DNA from: a virus
IMG/VR virus record: IMGVR_UViG_3300022074_000006
Span: 69,293 to 133,292 of that record
DNA length: 64,000 nucleotides
Direction: 5' to 3' (one strand)
The position numbers were made by a program, and so were the translations under genes. Every line of letters begins with the position of its first letter. The stretch's first letter is position 1. Below the pieces are notes generated by a model. That model was not told the origin of the DNA. It saw nothing but the letters and a program-made list of their open reading frames with translations, and made no database searches. Positions 9,929 to 18,027 of this stretch are shown one piece after another.

Positions 9929-11803
9929 ATGTCATTTACACTTAATCAGTTGACGGAAGGAATTCAGAAGAGACATCTGGGTTCTCAGAACCGTCTTCTC
10001 GTCGAAAAGTGGACTCGCACAGGTCTTCTCCGAGGAATGGAGAATACCAACCGCGAGAACATGGCTCGACTTTTGGAAAACCAGGCTTCACAGCTTCTCA
10101 AAGAGGCTTCTGATCTTGGTGGATCTACAACAGGCGGCGACATCCGCGGTTTTAGCAACATTGCTTTCCCGATCGTTCGACGCGTATTCGGTTCATTGAT
10201 TGCCAATGAGCTTGTTTCAATCCAGCCGATGAGCCTTCCTTCTGGTCTGCTCTTCTACTTGGATTACACGTACGGAACTGCAGTTGGTGCAGGTAACGAC
10301 GCTTCCCGCGGCACTGAGGCTTACTCAGTAGGCGATTCAATCTACAACAACCCAGTTGGTCGTGGCGTAAGATCTGGCTCATTGAGCGCAGGTGGACAGT
10401 ATGACCTTGCAGGAACTGGTTACAGCCGGGCACGCCACACGGCAAACCTTACTGAGGTTCCAACAGAGAACCTCGCGTTCAGATTCGCAGGTGCAGCAGC
10501 AGCTACCGCAGGTACTGGTTTGCATGCAACTGGAACTGACGGAAAGCTTTTGCAGTTTGATCCTCAGATCACACGACAGATCGAAGAGGGAGCGGTAAAC
10601 TATCAGTTCCTTGCAGTTCCTCTTGCAACAATCGAAGACAACAACGCTCCTACAGTTGATAGAGCATCAGTTAGAGAAATTGCACTTGTTGACGACGACA
10701 CTGCCGGCGACATCGCAACCCTCGCATTGATCCCGGGTTCAATCCAGTCAGGTCGATGCTTCAATGTTCGTCGTCTTAACCAGTTGGTTTCAATCACTGA
10801 CGACGGCGGAAGAGTTACTGGTGTTACTGTTGACCCACTGGGTGGCGATCACGTACTCATGGTTGTTCGAGGAACACTTAATAATGTTGACGATCAATTG
10901 CTAGCAGTCAGCTACGTTGTTGATCCTTCACTTAGCGCAGGAGCCGACGGTTCAACCCTCGTTTCACCTGCTTTCGAGTCAGCTTTCAGCTCTAACGAGC
11001 CAGGTGCTGCTCCAGCTATTCCTGAGATCGACATCAAGATTGAGTCAATCGCAGTTACAGCTGTTACTCGTAAGTTGAAGGCTCGTTGGTCACCAGAGCT
11101 TGCTCAGGATCTTAACGCATACCACAGCCTTGACGCTGAGGTTGAGTTGACCCAGATCCTCTCTGAGCAGGTTGCTCTTGAGATCGACAGAGAGATCCTT
11201 GGAGACCTTCTCCACGGTGCTAACGCTGCTAACCTCTACTGGTCACGTGCTCCTGGTAAGTTTGTGAACAAGCAGAGCGGTGCGGTTGTTACTCTTGACA
11301 GCTCACTGAACCCAGGACCTCAGTTCACGGGTACAGTACGTGAATGGTACGAGACACTCGTTGAGACAATCATCGACGTTGCAAACCAGATCCACAGAAA
11401 GACACTTCGCGGTTCAGCTAACTTCATCGTTGTTAGCCCAGACATCGCGACCCTCCTCGAGGCTTCAGTCTTCTACCGACCACAACTTTCAATCGATGGT
11501 GACGGACAGGTTGGATCACCAATGACAATCGGTGCTGAGAAGGTTGGTACCCTTTCAAATCGTTTCACGGTTTACAAGGACCCTTACTTCCCACGCAACA
11601 AGATTCTTGTTGGATTCAAGGGCGGAAGCTACTTGGAGTCTGGATACGTCTACGCTCCATACGTACCATTGATCGTTACACCTACGATCTTCGCGCCAGA
11701 GGATTTCACCCCACGTAAGGGTGTTATGACTCGTTACGGCAAGAAGATGGTTCGAAGTGACTTCTTCGGTACTGTTACCGTTATGGACTTGGACATTATC
11801 TAA
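9929..11803 (+). CDS. Major capsid protein (T4 gp23-like, HK97 fold) with a large insertion
   Basis: AFPIVRRVF, VSIQPMSLPSGLLFYL, RKLKARWSPELAQDL, EIDREI, YAPYVPL, KGVMTRYG; AAGGAG RBS; followed by a strong terminator. Confidence 0.96.
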   Translation: MSFTLNQLTEGIQKRHLGSQNRLLVEKWTRTGLLRGMENTNRENMARLLENQASQLLKEASDLGGSTTGGDIRGFSNIAFPIVRRVFGSLIANELVSIQPMSLPSGLLFYLDYTYGTAVGAGNDASRGTEAYSVGDSIYNNPVGRGVRSGSLSAGGQYDLAGTGYSRARHTANLTEVPTENLAFRFAGAAAATAGTGLHATGTDGKLLQFDPQITRQIEEGAVNYQFLAVPLATIEDNNAPTVDRASVREIALVDDDTAGDIATLALIPGSIQSGRCFNVRRLNQLVSITDDGGRVTGVTVDPLGGDHVLMVVRGTLNNVDDQLLAVSYVVDPSLSAGADGSTLVSPAFESAFSSNEPGAAPAIPEIDIKIESIAVTAVTRKLKARWSPELAQDLNAYHSLDAEVELTQILSEQVALEIDREILGDLLHGANAANLYWSRAPGKFVNKQSGAVVTLDSSLNPGPQFTGTVREWYETLVETIIDVANQIHRKTLRGSANFIVVSPDIATLLEASVFYRPQLSIDGDGQVGSPMTIGAEKVGTLSNRFTVYKDPYFPRNKILVGFKGGSYLESGYVYAPYVPLIVTPTIFAPEDFTPRKGVMTRYGKKMVRSDFFGTVTVMDLDII

Positions 11804-11830
11804 GTTCAAAGATCTTAAAGATCAAAATTT

Positions 11831-11859
11831 GGGGCAGCTTCGGCTGCCCCTTTTTTTTT
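11831..11859 (+). terminator. Rho-independent terminator after the major capsid gene
   Basis: GGGGCAGC-TTCG-GCTGCCCC, a perfect 8-bp stem with a UUCG loop, followed by T9. Confidence 0.95.
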
Positions 11860-11903
11860 ATATTTGTTCTTTTGCGTTAATATTTAAAGACCAGGAGGTT
11901 AAC

Positions 11904-12842
11904 ATGGACTTATTTGAGGCTTTTGGCCTGGAGAGAAAAGTAAAAAAACTAGATGAAGCTCAGGCTAGAGAGCTCATAAATCTGATTGCTGAAAAGGCAA
12001 AGCCGGAAAAAGTAGACCCAGAAAGATTTCCGCTTAAGCTGTCCGACGCAAAACAAGATCCGAATCCTGAGTCAAAAGTGACGGGCGGGACTAAAGACGG
12101 AGATCCAGACGAAGATAAGATCGACGCGACACCGGGCACACGACCCGTCAAATCTCTTAAACCGTCTCAGAGTTCTATGAACATCAAGAAGGCGTGCAAC
12201 TTCTTTATTGCAGCTCTAAGAAATGTCAAGCCTTTTGAGCAAGGTCCAGGAGGAGACTTGGGCGCAATAATAACAAGTGACGACCACATCATGGACGGGC
12301 ATCATAGGTGGATCGCCACAGGTATGGTGGACCCTACTGCGGATGTAGGCGGGTTTATAGTAGATTTTCCTGCAAAGCAAATGATTGCGGCTCTCAATAT
12401 GATTACAGCCTCTTTGGGCAAGGAAGGCAAAGAAGGCACCGGAGGTTTTGATCAATTCAATGAGAATGGCGTGGGAGCTATGCTAAACAAGTTTGCTACA
12501 GAAGGGACATGGTCGGGAACTCAAGAAGAAGTAATTGCAGCTCTTAAAGAATTTGCTCAGACTGATTCTAGTGACAAGGACGAAGTTGTTTCAGCCGCTG
12601 CTAAGAAAGTTGCCGAAAACCTATCACAGCTCACGCTATCAGTTCCAGGGGGATTTCCGGCAAGGCCAGATATGCCAGTCATTAGTGCAAAGGAAGGCCA
12701 CTTAGCTAAGGCTATAGAACTTCTTAAGAAAGGCGCTGTCGATCTCAATCCTCCTTATGCCGAAGAGAAAAACGAGTCTTCCAGCGCAGAAGGCAATGTT
12801 CTTTTGGAGCGTTGGGAACAGATCGCGGGATTAATCAAGTAA
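11904..12842 (+). CDS. ParB/Sulfiredoxin-like domain protein, probably packaged in the head
   Basis: IITSDDHIMDGHHRW is the ParB/Srx signature. Start moved to ATG 11904 (AGGAGG RBS; ATATTTA at 11880-11886). Confidence 0.7.
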   Translation: MDLFEAFGLERKVKKLDEAQARELINLIAEKAKPEKVDPERFPLKLSDAKQDPNPESKVTGGTKDGDPDEDKIDATPGTRPVKSLKPSQSSMNIKKACNFFIAALRNVKPFEQGPGGDLGAIITSDDHIMDGHHRWIATGMVDPTADVGGFIVDFPAKQMIAALNMITASLGKEGKEGTGGFDQFNENGVGAMLNKFATEGTWSGTQEEVIAALKEFAQTDSSDKDEVVSAAAKKVAENLSQLTLSVPGGFPARPDMPVISAKEGHLAKAIELLKKGAVDLNPPYAEEKNESSSAEGNVLLERWEQIAGLIK

Positions 12843-12856
12843 TACTTTCTCACCTA

Positions 12857-12940
12857 TAGGATTTGCATCTGTGATCATTGTTTTACAGATATGAATGGTA
12901 ACTTAAAAAAGCACCCCTAATATCACCGATGCAAATTCTA
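12857..12940. repeat. Intergenic 19-bp inverted repeat enclosing 46 nt
   Basis: TAGGATTTGCATCTGTGAT (12857-12875) pairs with ATCACCGATGCAAATTCTA (12922-12940): 17 Watson-Crick pairs, one G-U, one mismatch. Confidence 0.75.
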
Positions 12941-12992
12941 CGTTTACCTCTTAAGCTAATCAATTAAGATATAGATCTAGGAGGTAGAAGAC

Positions 12993-13328
12993 ATGGCAAC
13001 TGCTACTACACAAACATCTAAGACACGTAAAACACCCCCGGTTGGTAACACAACATCAAAAAGAAAGTCAACCAAGACAGTCACAATCAAGAAGGACGTC
13101 ACTAAGACAGCCTCGTCGTCTAGGTCAGATACAAAGACATCAAAAACAACTCCGAGATCTTCAAAGACTCTTTCTACAGAAAAATTAGAAAAGAGAGTTG
13201 ATGAACTTGAAGCAACTCTCACTAATCTTATAAAAGTTTTAAACGAAGAATTTCGCTCCGAAATGCTGCAGGGTCCACGTGGTGTGTCACGTAGCCTGTC
13301 CAAAGCAGGATTGCTCAAAGATATCTAA
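12993..13328 (+). CDS. Small basic Thr/Lys/Ser-rich protein with a C-terminal coiled coil
   Basis: AGGAGG RBS; low-complexity basic N-half. Confidence 0.75.
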   Translation: MATATTQTSKTRKTPPVGNTTSKRKSTKTVTIKKDVTKTASSSRSDTKTSKTTPRSSKTLSTEKLEKRVDELEATLTNLIKVLNEEFRSEMLQGPRGVSRSLSKAGLLKDI

Positions 13329-13433
13329 GATCTTAGAAAATTTTCTCCATATTTAACACATAGGTCCCCACCCTCTTGATCAGCCGAACCCACCGGTGGT
13401 GTGGAAGCATGTGGACAAAAAAGGAGAAAGATC

Positions 13434-13844
13434 ATGCCAAAAGTAATTATCAACGACGCAAAAGGCCTAGTCCAGCAGGCAGGCTCTGGCGTCGATTTCA
13501 AATCTGCCCTTCGATTGGACATTCAATCAGTAACTGCAACAGACGATGGAACCGGAACAGGCGTTATTGCAGCATCACCTTCAATGGTTGTCGTCGACGC
13601 TGACGGCGACGCGACTCACATTGTCACCCTTCCAGCTCCTGTTGCTGGAACAATGCTGACAATCTACGTTGGAGCGACCGGCTGTGAGCTGCGGTCTTCA
13701 GCCCCAGCAACAGTCGGCATAAACGGTGTGACCGGTGCGGGCGTTGAGTTAGCGATTCCTGCACAAGGAATAGTTCAGTGCGTTTGCACTAGCGCTACTA
13801 ACTGGGCAGCTCAGCTCGGTGCAACTGCAACTCCGGGTGCTTAA
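13434..13844 (+). CDS. Small beta-rich virion protein (head decoration/collar candidate)
   Basis: Start moved to ATG 13434 (MPKVIIND) behind AAAGGAG; Ala/Gly/Thr/Val-rich; has its own ATATTTA (13349-13355) and a downstream terminator, suggesting high expression. Confidence 0.65.
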   Translation: MPKVIINDAKGLVQQAGSGVDFKSALRLDIQSVTATDDGTGTGVIAASPSMVVVDADGDATHIVTLPAPVAGTMLTIYVGATGCELRSSAPATVGINGVTGAGVELAIPAQGIVQCVCTSATNWAAQLGATATPGA

Positions 13845-13865
13845 TAGTAACGGTTAGTTTTCTTA

Positions 13866-13892
13866 CCCCTCCCTTCGGGGAGGGGGATTTTT
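13866..13892 (+). terminator. Rho-independent terminator (imperfect U-tract)
   Basis: CCCCTCCC-TTCG-GGGAGGGG, an 8-bp stem with a UUCG loop, followed by GATTTTT. Confidence 0.85.
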
Positions 13893-13902
13893 CTAAAGGA
13901 TT

Positions 13903-14439
13903 GTGATGTTAAAAGAATCATTGATAAAACTAAGGTCACTTGTTGACAATTTAGAAGATAGAGATAAGTGCATCAAGCAAGATCACAATCTTTTTGCAAA
14001 ATTTTTTGAAAATTTTCCTACAGCTGTGTCTATGTGGTCAATAAACGCAGAAGGCAAAGTTCTTTCCTGCAAAGGAAATGATTTTTTGAATGACCGTGCA
14101 GCTACATATGAGAACCTCTTTGTATCAGAAGAAGTTCGAAAAAAAGTAGACAAAGCAATGTCTATAGACGGAGAAGTAGTTGAGCTTTTTCTTGAAACTG
14201 AGCAAAAGACTTACTATGCTAAGATATTAAAAAGAATTGAAGACGAAGAACAAGTAGGAACCATGGGTATGGCATGGGACGTTTCTTCTAACATCACCTT
14301 GCTTGGGTCGCTAGTAAGAATTAAAGATCTAGTAGAGACCGGGGGTGATATTGAGGAAATAAAGAAATGGGCTCAAAACGGCATCGACGCAAGCCGAATG
14401 AGGATTCTAATTGAAAGGTTGACTGGTAATGGCGGGTGA
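13903..14439 (+). CDS. Stand-alone PAS/PAC-like domain protein
   Basis: N-terminal coiled coil, PAS-type entry LFAKFFENFPTAVSMWSINAEGKV, PAC-type exit EEQVGTMGMAWDVS, then a helical tail; AAGGA RBS. Confidence 0.6.
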   Translation: MMLKESLIKLRSLVDNLEDRDKCIKQDHNLFAKFFENFPTAVSMWSINAEGKVLSCKGNDFLNDRAATYENLFVSEEVRKKVDKAMSIDGEVVELFLETEQKTYYAKILKRIEDEEQVGTMGMAWDVSSNITLLGSLVRIKDLVETGGDIEEIKKWAQNGIDASRMRILIERLTGNGG

Positions 14440-14764
14440 ATCACAAAACGGATGGAACGAATATTCAAGACTAGTCCTGAAAGAGCTTGAAACCTTGGCA
14501 GAAGGAATCGAAGGAGTCCGAACAGAAATGCAGGACATAAAGCAGGAGCTAGCACTTCAAAAAGTAAAAGAAGACAAAGTTGCTGAGCTAAGAGCTTGGA
14601 AAGAAAGAGTTGACGAAGTTGTTTCTCCCACACAGCTTAAGACATTAGTCTCAGAAGTCGATAGTCTAAGAGCGTTCAAGACAAAAGCAGTCACAGCCTT
14701 TATAGTGGTTCAGACTCTCATGGGATTTGTCATGTGGGCACAGAAATTTTTTGGCGCAGGCTGA
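14429..14764 (+). CDS. Coiled-coil protein with a C-terminal membrane anchor (holin-like topology)
   Basis: Heptad-rich N-terminal ~85 aa then hydrophobic AVTAFIVVQTLMGFVMWA; overlaps the PAS gene by 11 nt. Confidence 0.55.
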   Translation: MAGESQNGWNEYSRLVLKELETLAEGIEGVRTEMQDIKQELALQKVKEDKVAELRAWKERVDEVVSPTQLKTLVSEVDSLRAFKTKAVTAFIVVQTLMGFVMWAQKFFGAG

Positions 14765-14775
14765 GGAAATAAAAT

Positions 14776-15948
14776 ATGACAACATTTGCACAGACACTTA
14801 GACCTACTCCATTTGGCTTGTTTGATGACGATCTAAACTTTCAGAGAGAAGCCGACTCTATGACTACGTTTGTCAAGCGAAAACTAGGGGACGATATCCT
14901 GAGCGTCGAGCTGACAAAAAAGCAAATCTGGGCATGCTTCGAAGAATCTCTGATGGAGTATAGTGCTATTATCAATGAAAATCAGGCAAAGTCTCAAATC
15001 AGCAACCTGTTAGGCATTCCGACTGGTTCACTCCTTTCAGGGTCAGAGCAAAAATTTCCTAGAGAAACAGTTGAGTTTATGCTTAGAAGAGCTGAACCTT
15101 ACTCAGTCGAAGCTGGATTGGGTGGTGTGTACACCCAAATGTCAGGATCTATAGACTTACAAGTTGGACAACAAGACTATGACATCTATACGACGCTGAA
15201 AGATGAAGCAGGAAACCTCTTAGTGGATAACCCTGCCAATTCACCAAAAGGGAAACTAAAGGTCATGGAGGTGTTTCATTTCGAACCTCAAGCAGCATAC
15301 AGATTCTTTGATACAAACTCTGCTCTAAATTATCTCAATAATGAGTTTTCTTTTGAATCATTTACACCCGAAACCATCTTCTATGTACTACCGGTTTTTG
15401 AAGACGTATTGAGAGCAGGTCAGCTAAACTTAAGCTACAAGGTGAGAAGGTCAAACTATACCTACAGGATTGCAGGAACTAAATTAAGAGTCTATCCCAT
15501 ACCGACTTCGGACACTGCAAAAAAACTGTGGGTAAGCGTCCAGTTTCCTGCTGACCCTCTCAATCCACCAATAACAGACGAAACCATTCATGGGGTATCC
15601 AACTTATCGAACATACCTTATGGGGAGCTTCGATTCGATAGGATCAATTCTATCGGAAGACAGTGGATACGTCAGTATACACTTGCGCTTGCAAAAGAAC
15701 TTTTAGGCCACATAAGATCTAAATTTTCTTCTGTGCCAATACCGGGTTCTGATCTCACACTCAACGGAACTGATCTTGTTGCACAGGGAAGAGAAGACAA
15801 GAACTCTCTTAGAGACAAGTTGAACGAGCTTTTGAGCTCACTTACTTATACCAAGATGCTTGAAGACGAAGCGTCTGCAGCTGAAAGCCTGAGAAACATC
15901 TTAAAAGGAATTCCTGTGCCTCTAGGCAAGGCAATTGTGATGGGTTAA
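14776..15948 (+). CDS. Neck/head-tail adaptor protein (T4 gp13-like)
   Basis: LSVELTKKQI and WIRQYTLALAKELLGHIRSKF...LNG pattern; synteny between head and tail genes. Confidence 0.8.
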   Translation: MTTFAQTLRPTPFGLFDDDLNFQREADSMTTFVKRKLGDDILSVELTKKQIWACFEESLMEYSAIINENQAKSQISNLLGIPTGSLLSGSEQKFPRETVEFMLRRAEPYSVEAGLGGVYTQMSGSIDLQVGQQDYDIYTTLKDEAGNLLVDNPANSPKGKLKVMEVFHFEPQAAYRFFDTNSALNYLNNEFSFESFTPETIFYVLPVFEDVLRAGQLNLSYKVRRSNYTYRIAGTKLRVYPIPTSDTAKKLWVSVQFPADPLNPPITDETIHGVSNLSNIPYGELRFDRINSIGRQWIRQYTLALAKELLGHIRSKFSSVPIPGSDLTLNGTDLVAQGREDKNSLRDKLNELLSSLTYTKMLEDEASAAESLRNILKGIPVPLGKAIVMG

Positions 15949-15953
15949 TTTAA

Positions 15954-16622
15954 GTGGCAAGATTATTTGTAACGCCTCGAGAAATAGACTTTATTTCAGA
16001 CCTGACAAAAGAAATAACTAAAGACGTTCGAGGACAAAAGATTTATTACTATCGAATTAGAGAAGATCTGTCTAATGTTCACGATATCTATGAAGAAGCT
16101 GTAGAAAAAGTTTTTGATCCTCCTGTTGAGATTGAGGCAATGGTCGAGTGGGAACCTGAAATGGTTCGAACTAATCGGTTCGGTTCAGAAGAATACTATA
16201 GCATAACAGTTTACTTGCATGCTAGAGACCTGTTACACAGAGATATTAACGTTAGAGAGGGAGACTTTTTTAGTTACGGATCAACTTTCTTTGAAATTAC
16301 TTCAGCTGTAGGAGACAAGCAAGTGTACGGTCAAATAGAGCATCTTGTTGGTTTTAAGATAGCAGGAAAACAAGCAAGAAAAGGATTGTTCAGCGCTAAA
16401 CCAATCGGTCCAACTGGAGAAAATAAGACAGAACCGGATGCTGTTCAGAAAGATTTTGTTCAGCAGAGAGGCCTAGAAGAAAACAGGCTAGGCCCCACAG
16501 GTGACAAGAGGGATTTGATTGAGAGTGGTAAGATCGACCCGCCCGAAGCACCTGCAGAAGTTACCAACAAAGAAGAGGACAGAAATGTTTCTTCTTCTTT
16601 TTATGACGAGCCAGAATTATGA
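15954..16622 (+). CDS. Neck/head-closure protein (T4 gp14-like)
   Basis: Position after the gp13-like gene; SPP1 gp16-like beta pattern (VYLHARDL...VREGDFF); GTG start. Confidence 0.7.
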   Translation: MARLFVTPREIDFISDLTKEITKDVRGQKIYYYRIREDLSNVHDIYEEAVEKVFDPPVEIEAMVEWEPEMVRTNRFGSEEYYSITVYLHARDLLHRDINVREGDFFSYGSTFFEITSAVGDKQVYGQIEHLVGFKIAGKQARKGLFSAKPIGPTGENKTEPDAVQKDFVQQRGLEENRLGPTGDKRDLIESGKIDPPEAPAEVTNKEEDRNVSSSFYDEPEL

Positions 16623-17944
16623 GTACAAAAGAAGATAAAAAAATATCACACCCGGGTGCTCTAGACATGGGGCTTGAGGGCAGCGATTTTCCACTGGATA
16701 TCGAAATACCACCATGCACAGTCGAAGATGTCGACCGGTCTTTGTTTAATCTCTTGAACGAAAGTCTTCCGTTTCAGTTTGAGGATAAAGGGGCACAAAA
16801 GAGAGTTCCTGTTATATTTGCAACAGGAGAAAGATTTGCTGTCTTGAGAAGAAACGAGCCCCTAAGGGACAAAGCTGGTGCCTTGATTCTTCCCTTGATA
16901 TCACTTATGAGAACGGGAATCAACCAAGATCCTTCACCTTCAGTTGGCCCTCATCATCGTGGGCCTGTTAAGATTAGAAGAAAAATAGACAAGTCAAGTG
17001 CCCTGTACAAAAGACTAGTGAATTCAGAAGGGTTTAGAAATTCTAGAGATCATGCCCATCCTTCTGCTGGCCTAGGCCCCAAAGGTACCGAGCCGGGAAG
17101 GGTAGTTCAGCGAGGTGTCAAAGAAAAGTCAAACCCTAATGGCATCAAGGGAATGCCAACCTTTGATTTGGCAGACAACGTCTATGAGACGATAGTGATG
17201 CCGGCAGTAAAATATTTTACAGCTTCTTATGACGTGACCTTCTGGTGCCAGTATACAGTTCAAATGAACGACATGATTTCAGCTCTCATTTCAATGTATC
17301 AGGACAACAACAAAAGAACATTCAAACTTGAAACAGATAAGGGCTACTGGTTTGTTGCTTATGTGGGTGCTGAGCTTAGCCCTCAAGAAAACTTTGATGA
17401 TTTTTCTGATGAAGAGAGGCTTGTGAAGTACACCTTCACAGTAGCAGTTAACGGATATCAGATCAGCCCAGACTATCCGGGTGCTCCAGTTTTTTTGAGA
17501 AGACATGTATCAGCTTCCCAGATAAGCTTTGAACTAGAAGAAGATCCCGGGGTCGCTGTTCCAACAACTGGACTTTCCGGAGATCCTAGCTCTTTTATTT
17601 TAGAAGACCTTGCAACTGTTAATGACCCACTTCCAGGACAGTCTGTAGCAGGCTCCGGAGTTGATTCTTCTAGAAGTGTGATAGGTGATATCGTGGCCGC
17701 TGGAGCCTACGCTGGGTCGGGAACAGGCATGCCGGGACACCCAGCGAACCTCCCGGGAAATACATCGGTCGGAGGAACAGGTGCAGGTCAGACAAATAAC
17801 GTAATAATGAAACATGAAAGACACCCCGTCACAGGAGAAGAGAGGCCTGTCTATACTAAACGGGTGTCTAGGAACTCTAGAAAAGGTGAGACGGTTCACA
17901 AGATGGTGAACCCTAAGGCACTCGGCAATATCGACAATGGTTAG
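16619..17944 (+). CDS. Tail terminator/sheath stabiliser (T4 gp15-like)
   Basis: VPVIFATGER, LILPLISLMR, YDVTFWCQY pattern; directly precedes the sheath genes. Confidence 0.7.
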   Translation: MSTKEDKKISHPGALDMGLEGSDFPLDIEIPPCTVEDVDRSLFNLLNESLPFQFEDKGAQKRVPVIFATGERFAVLRRNEPLRDKAGALILPLISLMRTGINQDPSPSVGPHHRGPVKIRRKIDKSSALYKRLVNSEGFRNSRDHAHPSAGLGPKGTEPGRVVQRGVKEKSNPNGIKGMPTFDLADNVYETIVMPAVKYFTASYDVTFWCQYTVQMNDMISALISMYQDNNKRTFKLETDKGYWFVAYVGAELSPQENFDDFSDEERLVKYTFTVAVNGYQISPDYPGAPVFLRRHVSASQISFELEEDPGVAVPTTGLSGDPSSFILEDLATVNDPLPGQSVAGSGVDSSRSVIGDIVAAGAYAGSGTGMPGHPANLPGNTSVGGTGAGQTNNVIMKHERHPVTGEERPVYTKRVSRNSRKGETVHKMVNPKALGNIDNG

Positions 17945-17984
17945 CCGTTATTAATAATGTGAAAGAATTTTGACTATGGAAACG

Positions 17985-17991
17985 ATACTTA
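17985..17991 (+). promoter_or_regulatory. Putative late-promoter motif ATANTTA (ATACTTA)
   Basis: Intergenic, 36 nt before the sheath 1 ATG. Confidence 0.55.
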
Positions 17992-18027
17992 ATGTAGGAA
18001 GATTAGATCCCCGAGGAGATTTGTATT

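Noticed and set aside
11730-11903. The +1 frame is open from inside the capsid gene through to the ParB-like ORF (track ORF 11757-12842), suggesting a capsid-ParB frameshift fusion
   Set aside because: A perfect terminator (11831-11859) lies between them, the ParB-like gene has its own promoter motif and AGGAGG RBS, and I found no convincing slippery site.
12943-12970. Possible sigma70 promoter TTTACC-16-TAAGAT before ORF 12993
   Set aside because: Suboptimal spacer and weak boxes in AT-rich sequence; not distinguishable from chance.
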